Counted from the stretch's first letter, positions 18,667 through 31,400 are shown. The stretch is DNA of 64,000 bases from an uncultured Mollicutes bacterium (GCA_900540395.1 UQFQ01000004.1:23765-87764), one strand, 5' to 3'. Numbers and translations are program-made. The notes: generated by a model not told the origin, from the sequence alone.

Positions 18667-20694
18667 TTACCTCCCTTTATCACGTGAATTTCTCGCAGAA
18701 TCTGCATTTTCTAAAATTGTTTCAGTAATAAGCTGTTCAACTTCTTTCATTGACTTATCTTTAATTTGAGCGGCCGCCATAGCAAAGTGTCCGCCTCCAC
18801 CCATCTTTTCGCAAAGAATCTGGACATTAACTGTTCCATCGCTTCTTCCACTAATGTGAATTACATTATCACTGACTCTAGCAAAAGCAAAAGCTGCACT
18901 TATTCCATTTAATTGAGTGCAACCATTTGCCGCTTTAGCAATAGTTGTTGAATCATAATATTCATCTTCTTTTCCTTGGCAAAGAACAATACCATAAGAA
19001 ACTGTTTTTAAATTATTGAGGAATGAATTAACTGTAACAAATTCTTTATATTCATCTTTTAAGAAGTTGTCAGCGGCACCATTATCAGCACCACATTCTT
19101 TTAAAATTGATGAAGCTTCAAAAGTTCTAGCACCGACAGTTTTTGTTTTATAGAAATTAGTATCGACGAAAATACCCGCTAGCATAATTGTGGCAATCTT
19201 AGGCGAAAATCTAATTGTTTGTTTCTCGCTGTTATATTTAGAAATTTCAACAATAAGTTCTGAGGCACTAGAAGCGCTTGTTTCAATTAAATAAATAACT
19301 GGTTTTTCAATAAAGTCTTCAGCTCTTCTATGGTGATCAATTACACAAACTTTTTCGGTTTTCTCTAAAAGTTCAGGACACAAAGTCATCTTAGGTCTTG
19401 AAACATCACAAACAATAACAAGTGTGGTGTTCTTAACAACTTTTAAAGCTTCTGAACCAGTAATAAACGTATTTTTAAATTCTTCGCTAGTAAATTGACC
19501 TTTTAAAACGATGCTAGTTTTCTTTTCAATAGATTGAAAATCATAAACAACTCGGGACTTTTTGTCGCAATAATCACAAAGTTCTTTAACACCTAAGCAA
19601 CTTCCAAGCGAATCCATGTCGCTGTTTTTGTGACCCATAATAATAACATCGCTACTTTTTCTAATAAGATTTAATAAAGAGTTAGCAAAAACTCTAATTT
19701 TAACTTTAGATGTGTTTTCTTGAGCTTCAGTTTTTCCACCATAATATTCGATTTCACTACCGAACTTTTGAACAACCGCTTGATCACCACCTCTAGACAT
19801 AGCAATTTCAATAGCTGTGGAAGCCATTTCGTTTAATTTATTAACGTCAGGGAAATCATGAGCAAATCCGATTGATAAGGTTGGAGTTACGCTTGTTTTA
19901 TCTTCTTCACCAATTTGTCTTACCTTATCTAAAATTGAAAACTTATCTTTTTTAACTGCTTCTAAATCTTGATAATTACAAACAATAAAATAGGAATCAT
20001 TTCTAACCGATCTTAAAAGCAACTTATATTTGTTTGCATACTTACTAATTTCAAGTTTAACCTTTGCGATTAAGTCTGTATTTGACTCACTGGTTGCAGT
20101 TACATCGTTATAATTATCGATGTTCATGATACCAATACAGGTCGCTTGATTGATAAAACTTTTTCTTAAATCTTCATATTCAGAAACGTCTTTAAAAATA
20201 AATAACCCTGCATTTCTTAAGAATTTTACTGAATATGCGATTCCGTTTAAATTGATATTTATAACGTTTCCAACATCTTTATCTAATAAGTTTTTAAGTT
20301 GTGGACACCACTCATAAATTGACTCATCGATAATGTTTTCTTGTCTTTGAAGAAGTAAATCGCTTTCCCATAAAACTGTTCCGGTTTCATCAACAATCAT
20401 AAAACCTAAATTACCAAAAAGATAAGCTTCTTCGATTCCACTACCAATTGCATCGCCGGTAGTAATATCTCTTTTTTGACGATTATTTAAGATACCAAAA
20501 ATAATTCTCCAAATATAAAAACAATCAGCAATTGCTATAAATGAAAATATATAAGCCATGGTTTCTGGAAGAATAACATTATCCATATTCCATGTATCAA
20601 AAAGGTATAAAGTTAAAAATACACCAACAAAAGCAAGTTGAATTAATGTAACGACTAATACCTCTATTTTTAAACGTTTTAATTTCTTTTGCAT
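18667..20694 (-). CDS. gdpP: GdpP-type c-di-AMP phosphodiesterase (2 TM helices, degenerate PAS/GGDEF, DHH, DHHA1)
   Basis: Domain order and the DHH motif. gdpP-rplI-dnaB synteny. Confidence 0.8.
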   Translation of the reverse strand: MQKKLKRLKIEVLVVTLIQLAFVGVFLTLYLFDTWNMDNVILPETMAYIFSFIAIADCFYIWRIIFGILNNRQKRDITTGDAIGSGIEEAYLFGNLGFMIVDETGTVLWESDLLLQRQENIIDESIYEWCPQLKNLLDKDVGNVININLNGIAYSVKFLRNAGLFIFKDVSEYEDLRKSFINQATCIGIMNIDNYNDVTATSESNTDLIAKVKLEISKYANKYKLLLRSVRNDSYFIVCNYQDLEAVKKDKFSILDKVRQIGEEDKTSVTPTLSIGFAHDFPDVNKLNEMASTAIEIAMSRGGDQAVVQKFGSEIEYYGGKTEAQENTSKVKIRVFANSLLNLIRKSSDVIIMGHKNSDMDSLGSCLGVKELCDYCDKKSRVVYDFQSIEKKTSIVLKGQFTSEEFKNTFITGSEALKVVKNTTLVIVCDVSRPKMTLCPELLEKTEKVCVIDHHRRAEDFIEKPVIYLIETSASSASELIVEISKYNSEKQTIRFSPKIATIMLAGIFVDTNFYKTKTVGARTFEASSILKECGADNGAADNFLKDEYKEFVTVNSFLNNLKTVSYGIVLCQGKEDEYYDSTTIAKAANGCTQLNGISAAFAFARVSDNVIHISGRSDGTVNVQILCEKMGGGGHFAMAAAQIKDKSMKEVEQLITETILENADSARNSRDKGR

Positions 20695-20782
20695 ATTAAA
20701 AACCTAAAAATATTATACCTTAAATGGCAGTATTTAAAAACACTATCAATGAGCAATTAAATTTTTAAAGAATAAATTCTTT

Positions 20783-20811
20783 AAAAATAAAAGGGGCCGA
20801 TTTAGCCCCTA
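20783..20811 (-). terminator. Intrinsic terminator after rpsR
   Basis: AGGGGC-taaatcg-GCCCCT followed by TTTTATTTTT on the minus strand. Confidence 0.6.
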
Positions 20812-20828
20812 ACAATTTACTCTTTAAA

Positions 20829-21059
20829 TTAGTCTTGGATATATGGTAATAAAGCCATATAACGAGCATTTTTAATAGCTCTAGCAAGTTGTCTTTGATA
20901 TTTAGCACTAGTTCCAGTGATTCTTCTAGCACTAATTTTTCCGCTTGGGCTAATAAATTTCTTTAAGAGTTCAACATCTTTATAATCGATGTATTTAATC
21001 TTATTTTTTGTAAAATAACAAACCTTTTTCTTTGGTTTTTTCTTTAAAAAATTTGCCAT
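20829..21059 (-). CDS. rpsR: 30S ribosomal protein S18
   Basis: Sequence match. Confidence 0.95.
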   Translation of the reverse strand: MANFLKKKPKKKVCYFTKNKIKYIDYKDVELLKKFISPSGKISARRITGTSAKYQRQLARAIKNARYMALLPYIQD

Positions 21060-21079
21060 TCTTAATCCTTTCTATTTAC

Positions 21080-21526
21080 CTAAAATGGTAAATCATCATC
21101 TGCTAAATCTCCATCGCCGCCAGCCATTACATCGTCTACAGGTTCTTCATCTGCAACATAACCTTGGCTTGCTGGTTCTGGTTGTGAGTTATATGTTGAT
21201 GAGCTACCTTTACTTCCTAAAAGTGCAACTTCATTAACGACTACTTCAATAACGCTTGCGTTTGTTCCATCTCTTCTTTGATATTTTCTTTCTTGTAAAG
21301 ACCCATCAATTCCGATTTGTGAACCCTTATGGCAATACTTTGCAATAATGTCAGCGTTATTTCTCCAAGCAGTGCAATTTATAAAGCTGCTTCCACGTGT
21401 TCCATCAGCGTTTTTGTTTTTGTTATCAAACGCTAAGGTAAAACTTAAAACATTAATACCACTTGCGGTTGTTCTAAGTTCAGGTTCTTTGGTAATTCTA
21501 CCAACTAAAATAACTCTGTTAATCAT
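21080..21526 (-). CDS. ssb: Single-stranded DNA-binding protein
   Basis: OB fold and acidic C-terminal tail DDDLPF. Confidence 0.9.
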   Translation of the reverse strand: MINRVILVGRITKEPELRTTASGINVLSFTLAFDNKNKNADGTRGSSFINCTAWRNNADIIAKYCHKGSQIGIDGSLQERKYQRRDGTNASVIEVVVNEVALLGSKGSSSTYNSQPEPASQGYVADEEPVDDVMAGGDGDLADDDLPF

Positions 21527-21541
21527 GTCTGTCTCCTTAAA

Positions 21542-21829
21542 CTATTGATGATCGACAGTAACTAATGTTCTTAAAACATTGTTGTCGAATCTTGTAATAC
21601 GATCAAATTCGTTAAGAGCGACATTGTCAGCTTCGATTTTGATAACTACATAATACCCTTTTGTTTCTTTTTTGATAGGGTAAGCGAATTCACGAAGTCC
21701 CCATTCGTTAACATCAGTAATCTTACCACCATTTGAAGTGATAATTCCGTGTAACTTGTCAACTTCTGCTTTTCTTGCAGCATCATCAAGGCCGGCTTTA
21801 AGAATGTACATAATTTCGTACTTTTTCAT
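21542..21829 (-). CDS. rpsF: 30S ribosomal protein S6
   Basis: The start is taken at MKKYEIMYIL, with a GGAGG RBS. The longer ORF to 21892 is an upstream in-frame extension. Confidence 0.9.
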   Translation of the reverse strand: MKKYEIMYILKAGLDDAARKAEVDKLHGIITSNGGKITDVNEWGLREFAYPIKKETKGYYVVIKIEADNVALNEFDRITRFDNNVLRTLVTVDHQ

Positions 21830-21960
21830 ATACCTTACCTCCCTCTGGACATCTGGCTCTAGTCTTTGTTTCAAGTTAGAGCAGAGAAGCACTTAAAGTG
21901 CTTTTGTATTATATACAAGTAGTCCGATAAAGTAAAGAAAAACCACTCTACTACTCTTAC

Positions 21961-22008
21961 GAAAAAGACCTCTCACTAATATAACTACTATGAGAGGTCT
22001 GATTTTTA
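21961..22008 (-). terminator. Intrinsic terminator after lysS
   Basis: AGACCTCTCA-15 nt-TGAGAGGTCT with flanking T-runs. Confidence 0.6.
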
Positions 22009-22017
22009 AATTTTTTA

Positions 22018-23538
22018 TTATTTTTCCTTAATTTTCTTTTCGGCTGGTTTTTCATCCTTCATACATGGGAACAAAATTACTTCTCTAATGCTAGCTTGAT
22101 TTAAAAGAAGCATACAGAGTCTATCAAAGCCAATTCCGATTCCGCCAGTTGGTGGCATACCATATTCGAGTGCTTCAATAAAATCGTTATCCATTTCATT
22201 AGCCTCATCATCACCTAATTCTTTGGCTTTAAGTTGAGCAATAAATCTTTCTTTTTGGTCAATAGGATCATTTAACTCACTATATGCGTTAGCATATTCT
22301 GTGCCATTAACATAAAACTCAAATCTTTCAGTAAATCTAGGATCTGCGGACTTTTTGGTTAAAGGAGATATTTCAATTGGATGTCCGTGAACAAATGTAG
22401 GTTGAATTAAATCTTTTTCACAGAACTCTTCAAACAAAGCATTTAAGATATAACCATTACTTGTCCAATGTGGTTCAATCTTAATTCCTTTTTCTTTAGC
22501 AAACTTAACTGCGTCTTCAAATTTAATATCTTGAGTAAAATCTAAACCAGTTTTTTCTTTTACGAGTTCTGCCATTGAGACCCATCTAAATTCAGGTTCA
22601 AAATCAATATCGATTCCTTGATAATTGATTTTTGTTGTATGTAAAACTTCTTTACAAACGTTTCTAATTACGCCTTCGCAAAGTTTACGCATACTCTCTA
22701 AATCACCATAAGCTTCATAAAGTTCGACGGTTGTAAATTCAGGGTTGTGTTTGGTATCCATTCCTTCGTTTCTAAATAAACGACCAAACTCATAAACTTT
22801 TTCTAAACCGCCAACAATTAATCTTTTAAGTTGAAGTTCGGTAGCAATTCTTAAATAGAAATCTTTATTTAATGTATTGTGGTGAGTAATAAATGGTCTA
22901 GCATTAGCACCACCAAGAATAGGTTGTAAAACACTTGTTTCTACTTCTACAAAACCTAATGAATCAAAATATCTTTGCATACTTCTTAAGATTTGAGGTC
23001 TTAAAAGAGCAGTACGTTTTGCATCTTGATTCATAATTAAATCGACATATCTATGTCTACATCTTTCTTCAACATCAGTTAAACCATGGAATTTTTCAGG
23101 TAATGGTCTTAAAGATTTGGTTAAGAAAGTAAATTTTTCGGCTTTAATGGTAAGTTCTCCTGTTCTTGTTAACATAAGTCTTCCATAAAAACCAACTATA
23201 TCACCAATATCACAAACTTTGAAAATGTTATATGCTTCTTCTCCAACTGTATCAATAGATATATAAATTTGAATTTTTCCAAATTTATCTTGAATGCTAA
23301 CAAAAGATGCCTTGCCCATCTTTCTTAAAAACATTATCCTACCAGCAACATTAACAAAAATAGGGCTGGCTTCAAGCTCTTCATTAGTTTTGCCTTCCGC
23401 TTTTGCTCGGCAAGTTTCACTTGTATCTGTTCTTTCGTAGGCTTCTCCCCATGGATTAACGCCCATTTCTTCAAGTTTAGCAAGTTTTTCTCTTCTTGCT
23501 TTTTCTTGATCCGTTAATTTCTCTAACATATTAATCAA
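22018..23538 (-). CDS. lysS: Lysine--tRNA ligase, class II
   Basis: Class II motifs and an OB anticodon-binding N-terminus. Confidence 0.95.
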   Translation of the reverse strand: MINMLEKLTDQEKARREKLAKLEEMGVNPWGEAYERTDTSETCRAKAEGKTNEELEASPIFVNVAGRIMFLRKMGKASFVSIQDKFGKIQIYISIDTVGEEAYNIFKVCDIGDIVGFYGRLMLTRTGELTIKAEKFTFLTKSLRPLPEKFHGLTDVEERCRHRYVDLIMNQDAKRTALLRPQILRSMQRYFDSLGFVEVETSVLQPILGGANARPFITHHNTLNKDFYLRIATELQLKRLIVGGLEKVYEFGRLFRNEGMDTKHNPEFTTVELYEAYGDLESMRKLCEGVIRNVCKEVLHTTKINYQGIDIDFEPEFRWVSMAELVKEKTGLDFTQDIKFEDAVKFAKEKGIKIEPHWTSNGYILNALFEEFCEKDLIQPTFVHGHPIEISPLTKKSADPRFTERFEFYVNGTEYANAYSELNDPIDQKERFIAQLKAKELGDDEANEMDNDFIEALEYGMPPTGGIGIGFDRLCMLLLNQASIREVILFPCMKDEKPAEKKIKEK

Positions 23539-23643
23539 ATCTCCTAATCGCGTGTATTATACAAAAATTAAGCCTTATTTTCATTATATTTAATAAGTCA
23601 TAATCTTAAGTTATTCATTTAAAATGTCACTATTTAAAACAAA

Positions 23644-24630
23644 CTATAAAGTTCCCTTATTTTTAAATCTTTGAACAATTTCTTTCATTGTTTTTAATGA
23701 GTCAATATCTCTAGATAAGGCGCTTCTTAAGGTCTTTATGTTTTGAACATCAAGATTTAAAAAGAATTTTGGAGCAATACCCTTTAGTATTGAAAAAGCA
23801 GATTTTTCGCCCTTTTCTTTAACGAGTAACTCAGTAAATTCATAAAGATATTTTGCTTGTGTATCAAAGTCAGTTTTTATAAAACTAGATTCTCCTTTTA
23901 TGGCTCTATTTATGTTTTCAATTAATAAAGGATTGCCAATTCCTCCTCGAGCAACCATAACAGCGTCAGCTCTTGTAAGTTTTAAAGCGTTAATAGCGTC
24001 TTCGGGCGTATAAATATCCCCACTGACACAAAAAGGAATTTTAATTTCATCTCTAATATTTTTTAATAAATCAAAATGTGGTTTACCTGAATATAGTTCT
24101 TTTTTCGTCCTAGCATGAATTGCTAAAAATGAAACGCCAGCTTTTTCAAGTAATGGAGCAATTTCATCAACATTTACACTATCATAACCAAGTCTAATTT
24201 TTGCACTTACTGGTTTTTCGCTTTTTTTAACAACAGCTTGAACCATATCAAACAATTCTTCTTTCCTTGTTAGCCATTTGCTTCCAGAATTGTTTTTTGT
24301 AACTTTTGGAACAGGACAAGCCAAATTTAAGTCTAAAATGTCATAGGAGATTTTTAAATCTTCTAAAACATCCATGGCTTGTAAAATAGTCTCTTTGCTT
24401 CCGCCAAATAATTGTATTGCTAAAGGTCGATCACTTCCGTCGGTATAAAGCATGTCAAATGTCTTTTTGTTATGATAAATCATAGCAAAATCACTTATCA
24501 TCTCAGTATAAGTTAATCCTGGATGAAATTGATTCATAAATTTCCTATAAGAAAAAGATGTTATCCCTGCCATTGGAGCAAGGATAACATTCTCTTTTAT
24601 TTCGATGTTTTTAATAAAAAAGCTCATCAA
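23644..24630 (-). CDS. dusB: tRNA-dihydrouridine synthase B
   Basis: VILAPMAGITSFSYR FMN-binding TIM-barrel motif. dusB-lysS synteny. Confidence 0.85.
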   Translation of the reverse strand: MMSFFIKNIEIKENVILAPMAGITSFSYRKFMNQFHPGLTYTEMISDFAMIYHNKKTFDMLYTDGSDRPLAIQLFGGSKETILQAMDVLEDLKISYDILDLNLACPVPKVTKNNSGSKWLTRKEELFDMVQAVVKKSEKPVSAKIRLGYDSVNVDEIAPLLEKAGVSFLAIHARTKKELYSGKPHFDLLKNIRDEIKIPFCVSGDIYTPEDAINALKLTRADAVMVARGGIGNPLLIENINRAIKGESSFIKTDFDTQAKYLYEFTELLVKEKGEKSAFSILKGIAPKFFLNLDVQNIKTLRSALSRDIDSLKTMKEIVQRFKNKGTL

Positions 24631-24636
24631 TCTTAA

Positions 24637-26838
24637 CTATTCTGTTTTATTCTCTTCTTTTGCCTCTTGTGACTTTTCTTCAGCATTTTTTTCTGCTTTT
24701 GTTTCCTCAGAAACTATAGGAGTTTCAGCATTATTAGCACCATTTTCTGCTTCATCTTTTTTATCAGAACCGCCTACTTCAGCTTTAGCTTCTTCTTTAT
24801 TTAAAATATGGAAACTTGCTTCATGAGCTGCTTGAGATTGAGTAACGGTTTCTTTAGGAAGTTCACGATGTTCAAGGAGATAAGCAATTTCTTCTTCACT
24901 AATTGTTTCGTGTTTAAGAAGTGTTTCAGCAATTAATATAACATCATCTTTTCTTTCTTGAATAATACGTAAAGCTTCTGCGTGTGCTCTTTCAACAATT
25001 TTTCTAACTTCTTTATCAATTTCATCAGCAACTGCAACTGAGAAATTCTTTTGAGCGTTAGTGTAGTCTCTACCTAAGAAGACGCTACCAGTATTTTTCT
25101 CATATTGAATAGGCCCAAGTGAAGACATACCATATTCAACAACCATACTTCTAGCAATTTGAGTTGCTCTTTCAATATCGTTACTTGCACCGGTTGAAAC
25201 ATCTTTAAAGAATATTTCTTCGCTACTTCTACCACCAAGAAGACCAGCAATTTCTGCTTCAAGTTCACTCTTAGTAAGTAAGAATCTGTCATCTTCTGGC
25301 CCCATAAGAACATGTCCACCAGTTTGACCACGAGGAATAATAGTAATCTTTCTAACTTTATCAGCATTAGGTAAAGTTAAACCGATAATAGCGTGTCCTG
25401 CTTCATGGTAAGCAACTTGTCTTCTTTCTCTTTCATTCATGCCTTTATTAGATTTAGCTGGACCTGCAATACGTCTATCTATAGCTTCATCAATATCAGC
25501 CATTGTAATCATCTCACGATTACCTCTAACGGCAAGAATTGCAGCTTCGTTTAAAATATTTGCAATATCAGCACCACTAAAACCAACAGTACGTTTTGCA
25601 AGTTGTCCAAAGTCAATGCTTGGATCAATCTTCTTATTTCTAGCGTGAACTTTAAAGATTGCTTCTCTACCTTCTTTATTAGGAAGGTTAACAGTAATTT
25701 GTCTATCAAAACGACCGGCTCTAAGTAAGGCTGGGTCTAAAACGTCAGCTCTGTTCGTAGCAGCAATTACGATAATTCCAGAATTTTCTTCAAAGCCATC
25801 TAATTCGACAAGCAATTGATTAAGAGTTTGTTCTCTTTCGTCGTTTCCGCCGCCTAAACCAGCGCCTCTTTGTCTACCAACGGCATCAATTTCATCAATG
25901 AAAATAACACAAGGTGCATTTTGTTTAGCTGTTTTAAAAAGATCTCTAACTCTACCAGCACCGGCACCAACAAACATTTCGACGAAGTCAGAACCTGAAA
26001 TTGAAAAGAATGGGACGCCAACTTCTCCAGCAACAGCCTTAGCCAATAAAGTTTTACCAGTACCTGGAGGACCAACAAGTAAGAATCCTTTTGGTAATTT
26101 AGCTCCACATTTTGTGTATTTCTTTGGATTCTTTAAGTAGTCGACGATTTCCATCATTTCGGCTTTTTCTTCATCGCATCCAGCAACATCTTTAAATCTT
26201 ACTTTACTATCATCAATTCTTCTTGCTTTTGACTTGCTAAAATCAAGAGCAGATTGATTACCGCCAGCACTAGCTGAAAGCATTTTAAAGAAGAAGACAC
26301 CAATAATAATGATAATTGCAACATATAAAATTGTTGGTAACCATGACCAAATTGGATTTTCTCTATAAATATAAGTGTTATATCCAATGTAACTTGAAAG
26401 TTGAGGATAAGCAACTTTACTTGCATCTACTTCTTGGCATAATTGATCAAAAAGAACAGGTGCAGGTTGTGGTGTTGAATTTTCTCCTCCTGTTACAACT
26501 TCATAACCAAAATTAGAATTAGTAAGTGTATCAGTAAGGACTGTGGTTGTGTAATAGTAAACATCATAAGTATTAATATCAGCGCCTTCTGTTACACTTG
26601 ATCTTTTTATAAGTTGAAGGTTAATAGTTGTTTCATCTCCGTTTTGAACTGTTTCAAAACTAAGAACATCATAATCATCTTCTTCATCGTAAACATAGTG
26701 AACTAAGTCACTTGTTGCAACAGAGACATATCTTTGATTCATTTGATTAACAATGAAATAAATCAAAAATACTGCAAGTACAAGAATGAAGAAATATATT
26801 AGGAAACTAAACCGTTTTGATTTCTTTTTATCTTTCAT
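24637..26838 (-). CDS. ftsH: ATP-dependent zinc metalloprotease FtsH
   Basis: AAA Walker [12 protein letters not shown] region and HEAGH zinc site. Acidic low-complexity C-terminal tail. Confidence 0.95.
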   Translation of the reverse strand: MKDKKKSKRFSFLIYFFILVLAVFLIYFIVNQMNQRYVSVATSDLVHYVYDEEDDYDVLSFETVQNGDETTINLQLIKRSSVTEGADINTYDVYYYTTTVLTDTLTNSNFGYEVVTGGENSTPQPAPVLFDQLCQEVDASKVAYPQLSSYIGYNTYIYRENPIWSWLPTILYVAIIIIIGVFFFKMLSASAGGNQSALDFSKSKARRIDDSKVRFKDVAGCDEEKAEMMEIVDYLKNPKKYTKCGAKLPKGFLLVGPPGTGKTLLAKAVAGEVGVPFFSISGSDFVEMFVGAGAGRVRDLFKTAKQNAPCVIFIDEIDAVGRQRGAGLGGGNDEREQTLNQLLVELDGFEENSGIIVIAATNRADVLDPALLRAGRFDRQITVNLPNKEGREAIFKVHARNKKIDPSIDFGQLAKRTVGFSGADIANILNEAAILAVRGNREMITMADIDEAIDRRIAGPAKSNKGMNERERRQVAYHEAGHAIIGLTLPNADKVRKITIIPRGQTGGHVLMGPEDDRFLLTKSELEAEIAGLLGGRSSEEIFFKDVSTGASNDIERATQIARSMVVEYGMSSLGPIQYEKNTGSVFLGRDYTNAQKNFSVAVADEIDKEVRKIVERAHAEALRIIQERKDDVILIAETLLKHETISEEEIAYLLEHRELPKETVTQSQAAHEASFHILNKEEAKAEVGGSDKKDEAENGANNAETPIVSEETKAEKNAEEKSQEAKEENKTE

Positions 26839-26983
26839 AATAACTCCTTTTCAATGAATTAGATCGCGTTCGTACAAAATATTTTATCTTATTTGCTTTA
26901 TTTCATAAAGCAGAGAACGAATATAATCTTTATAATTGTAAATTACTTTTACTTTTTTTCAATCAAAGTGATTTGATGGCGGA

Positions 26984-28213
26984 TCAACATAGAAGTTGTT
27001 TACATTTAAATCTAATTAACCCGTTCTTTTTAATTTTTTGCTGATATCTAGGCACAAAAATTAATATACCATTTTTATCATAAATTCCGGGCCAAACATC
27101 TCTTAAATAAGCAGGCATTTTCCAAGAGATAAATTCTCTATTAACTTTGAGAGTAAATCCTTTGTGTTCATAGGTTTTACCTTCTTTAGCTGGTTTGATA
27201 GTTATTGGAAAAGCCTCCTTTAGCAATTTAAACTCTTTAGCTTTTTTGTTGATGTGAAATATTTCGTTTTTGGAATCTGGGTTATCAAATTCGTAAACAT
27301 ATGGTTTCCCTTTTTTAAGAATTTGAATGACACCATAATCTAAATATAAAAAATAATCGGAATTGATTTTTTCCTTATGATTTCCCGCTTTGTTTTTAAT
27401 TATCTCCATTAAGTTCTTACATCTTCCTTCGGAAATTGGAGTAAAAACATTTTTATATTTAAGCAAATAAATAAGTAATAGATGAAATTCTTTAATGTCA
27501 ATCGAATCAAATAATTTAGAATTTGTATTGATATATTTAGGAATACCTAAATCTTTAAATTTTGATAAAATATCTAAGTTTTGAAGGTTTTTTATTTTTT
27601 TCTCCATTAAAATGTTTATAATTTGACTGTCATCTAGTTGACTCAGCTCTTTGCGAATTTTATTTCTTTTAAACTTAGAATCAAAATTTGATGGATCAAT
27701 AGAATAAGGAACATTGTTTTCCTCACAATATTTTTCAAGCTCGCTTTTTTTAACTTTTAATAGCGGACGGACGATTTTAATATTACCTCTTTTAGATATT
27801 TTCTCTAATCCATAATGAAAGAAAACTCCTCCTCTTTCTTTCTGTAATAAGTAGGTTTCAACATCGTCGCCTTCATTATGAGCAACAAGAACGTTTTTAA
27901 TTTTTGTTTTTTCACAAACTTCCTCAAAGAAATTATAACGAACATCTCGAGCCCAAATTTCTTCATTAACATTTTCAGGCATATTTGTAGAAAGCACATG
28001 AAGGGTTATCGAATATTTATCGCAAAATTCTTTAATTCCTCTCTCATCATCATCAGCCTGTTCCAAAATATGGTAATTTACATGAGCAACTTCAAAACTA
28101 TATCCATTTTCTAATAGATAGTAAAATAAAGCCATTGAATCTGGCCCATAGCTACAAGCTAATAAATACTTATGTTTCTTAGATAGTTTCGTTACTTTCT
28201 TCAATAAGTTCAT
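26984..28213 (-). CDS. tilS: tRNA(Ile)-lysidine synthetase
   Basis: PP-loop ATPase N-terminus (variant SYGPDS) plus TilS C-terminal domain. Position upstream of ftsH. Confidence 0.75.
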   Translation of the reverse strand: MNLLKKVTKLSKKHKYLLACSYGPDSMALFYYLLENGYSFEVAHVNYHILEQADDDERGIKEFCDKYSITLHVLSTNMPENVNEEIWARDVRYNFFEEVCEKTKIKNVLVAHNEGDDVETYLLQKERGGVFFHYGLEKISKRGNIKIVRPLLKVKKSELEKYCEENNVPYSIDPSNFDSKFKRNKIRKELSQLDDSQIINILMEKKIKNLQNLDILSKFKDLGIPKYINTNSKLFDSIDIKEFHLLLIYLLKYKNVFTPISEGRCKNLMEIIKNKAGNHKEKINSDYFLYLDYGVIQILKKGKPYVYEFDNPDSKNEIFHINKKAKEFKLLKEAFPITIKPAKEGKTYEHKGFTLKVNREFISWKMPAYLRDVWPGIYDKNGILIFVPRYQQKIKKNGLIRFKCKQLLC

Positions 28214-28454
28214 CCTTTAAAACCTCGTACAGTTTACTGGAATCCTCTTTCTTTGCATAATTAACAGTTTTTAAAACTTTAACTGTAAGTTTGTGCCTAC
28301 CAAGTTGCAAAGTCAAAATATCTCCCTCGTTAACTTCTGAAGATGGTTTCGCAACTCTATCATTAATTAAAAAAATCCCCCTATCTAATAGCTCTTTTGC
28401 TACCGTTCTTCTTTTAATTAATCTTGTAAGTTTTAAATACTTGTCAATTCTCAT
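28179..28454 (-). CDS. S4-domain RNA-binding protein (YabO/Hsp15-like)
   Basis: MRIDKYLKLTRLIKRRTVAKELLDRG S4 motif. Confidence 0.75.
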   Translation of the reverse strand: MRIDKYLKLTRLIKRRTVAKELLDRGIFLINDRVAKPSSEVNEGDILTLQLGRHKLTVKVLKTVNYAKKEDSSKLYEVLKDELIEESNETI

Positions 28455-31400
28455 CTTTTATCATCGCCCTCATCTTACTTTTATAAATTTTAGAAACGTT
28501 TTTTAATACATCTATAAGGGTTAGAATCCAATCCCCCTCTTTATTAATACTGATAAATATCAATTTATCATGGTAAGAAAGTTTAAGTTTATTAATAAAT
28601 TTTAAAAAACTAGTAAATAATGTCGTTCCTATACCTTTTATATCGCTAAATTTTTTACTTAAAACAATGTCAATTCTTTTTGGATACTCAGTGTAAGTTT
28701 CATACTCTTCTCCTTCAAGATATATTGAAATTTCTCTTTTTAAGAGCAAAAGTTCAACGCTTTGTGGTAAAGCGCCAAACTGATCTTTAAGAGTATCTTT
28801 TAATAAATAAAGTTTATCTAGTGTTTTGCAATCTAATATTTTTTGATATATTTCAATCTTTTCATCATTCTTTGCAAAACCCTTTGGTACATAAGCATCT
28901 AAGTCTTGTAAAGCTTTAATATCTTTTGTTGGGCTTTTATCAAGCTTCCCTTGCTTTTCTGCAATTGTTTCATTGAGTAATCGAATATACATATCAATTC
29001 CAACTTCATCAATAAAACCAGCTTGTTCTTTTCCCAAAATATCGCCTGCCCCACGTATTAAAAGATCTCTTTGAGCAATCTTATATCCACTTCCTAATTC
29101 CGTGAAATCTTGAATAGCTTTTAGTCTTTTTTTACTTTCTTCAGTAAGCGATTTGTTCCCTTTTATCATTAAATATGCATAGGCTATCTTATCGCTTCGG
29201 CCTACACGTCCTTTAATTTGATAAAGCTGAGATAAGCCAAAATGGTCAGCATCCTCAACTAAAAGCAGATTTGCGTTTCTTACATCGATTCCGTTTTCAA
29301 CAATGGTTGTTGCAAGTAAAACATCAATAGTACCTTCATAAAAATCATTCATTACAATATCAACATCTTCTTTATCCATCTTTCCGTGAATGATTCCGAT
29401 TTTTGCATCTGGTACTAATTTTTGTAATAAGAGCTGCTTTTCATAAATTCGATAAGTGTCATTAAAAATATAATAAACTTGTCCATTACGTGATAATTCA
29501 CGTTTAATAAGTTCCTTTATAATTTCTTCATCGTAATTTATTACATAAGTTTGAATTGGTAATCTTTCAACGGGAGCCGTTTCAATTCTAGAAATAGCTT
29601 TAAGACCAATCAAACTAGATTGAAGCGTTCTAGGTATTGGCGTAGCAGATAAAGTTAAAACATCAACATTAGGATACTTTTCTTTAATTCTTTCTTTTTG
29701 TTCAACACCAAATCGTTGCTCTTCATCAATTATCAATAAACCCAAATCTTTAAAAACAACTTTATCATTAAGCGCTTTATGTGTTCCAATTAATAAGTTA
29801 ACGCTACCATCTTTAAGTCCTCTTAAAGTTTCATTAACCTCTTTACTCGTACACATGCGGTTTAAAAGTTTTACGTTAATTCTAAAATCTCCAAAACGCT
29901 TTAATGCAACTTTATAGTGCTGCATAGAAAGTACTGTAGTTGGACAAAGAAAGCAAACTTGTTTTTCAGATAAAATAGCCTTCATACAAGCTTCAAGAGC
30001 CACTTCAGTTTTTCCAAAGCCCACATCGCCACATAAGAGTCTATCCATAGGATGTGGCGCTTCCATATCTTCTTTTATCTCTTTAATAGAAGTTTGCTGG
30101 TCTGGTGTTAGTTGATGCTTAAAATCTTCTTCAAATGCTTTTTGAATTTCATCGTCTTTTTTGAACGAAAACCCTGCAATAGTTGCTCTTTCTTGATAAA
30201 GTGTAAGCAATCTATCTGCTAAATCATTTACTCTTTCTTTAATTCTTTTTTTGGTTTTCTCCCATTGATTGGAGTTGAGGTTTGTAAGCCTGGGTGTGGT
30301 CCCCTCTTTACCAACAAATTTACGAATGAGATTAAATTGATAAAGCGGAACAAATAATTTGTCATTATTAGCATAAGAAATTTCTAAATAATCATTGTGC
30401 TTGCCCATGACTTCAATAGTATCGATTTTTACAAATCGGCCGATTCCATATTTTTCGTGAACAACATAATCTCCAGGTTCAAGCTCTTCATAACTTTCAA
30501 GAATCTTTCCCTTCTTAAAGTGTGTTGAATAAGCTCTAATTTTTCTTTTGTCGTATAAAAGATCATCACTAGCCAATAAAATAATGTTCTTGTTAGTTAA
30601 TTCAAAAGAGACATTAAATTTTCCTTGGCATATTGAAATAGTTGCATTCTCGTCTAAGGTGTAATTTTCGGTTTCAGAATACTTCACTTCTAAAGAATCA
30701 AGAATTTTTCTTATTTCTTTTCCTTCTTCCTCACTATGATATACGATCAAGATTTGATTACGTCCTTTTATTAATGTTTCAAGGATAATTAATGAGGTTG
30801 AGCCTTTTGGATCTAAATAGGCTAAACTTCTTAGCGGGATAGAAACATCATCTTTATTGTGATAAAAAGGTTCTAATATTGTTGTCTCTAGGGCGCCTTT
30901 AAAAATACTGGCACGATCATTAAAATAAGAAAGGCGTGATATATTTTTATTTTTTGCATGTAGGTCTAATAAAAATTTTGTAGCTTCTTCAAAAAGAAGT
31001 CCTTTTGCTTTATTAAAATCTTCTTGATTTGCAACAATAATTGAATAATTATCACAAAAATCTAGGAGTTCTGTGAACTTTTCTTGTAAAAACGATAAAT
31101 ATTTATAATATTTATTTGTAAAAGAATTATTTAAAATTTGATCAATATCGTCTTGAACGTTAGCTTCTAATTCTTCTTTTTCTTCTTCGTTTTTATTTAA
31201 TATGTCTTTGTTGAGCTGATAAGTAATTTTGTTTTTTGCCTTCTCTTTCTCTTCTTGACTTAACAAATTGATTGTAGCGGGTATTAAAAGAGCATTATCT
31301 AATTTCTTGTAAGAAGTTTGGGTCTCGATTTTAAAAAGCCTAATTGATTCGACAACAGTATCAAAAAACTCAATTCTTATTGGATCTTCATAATTTAAAG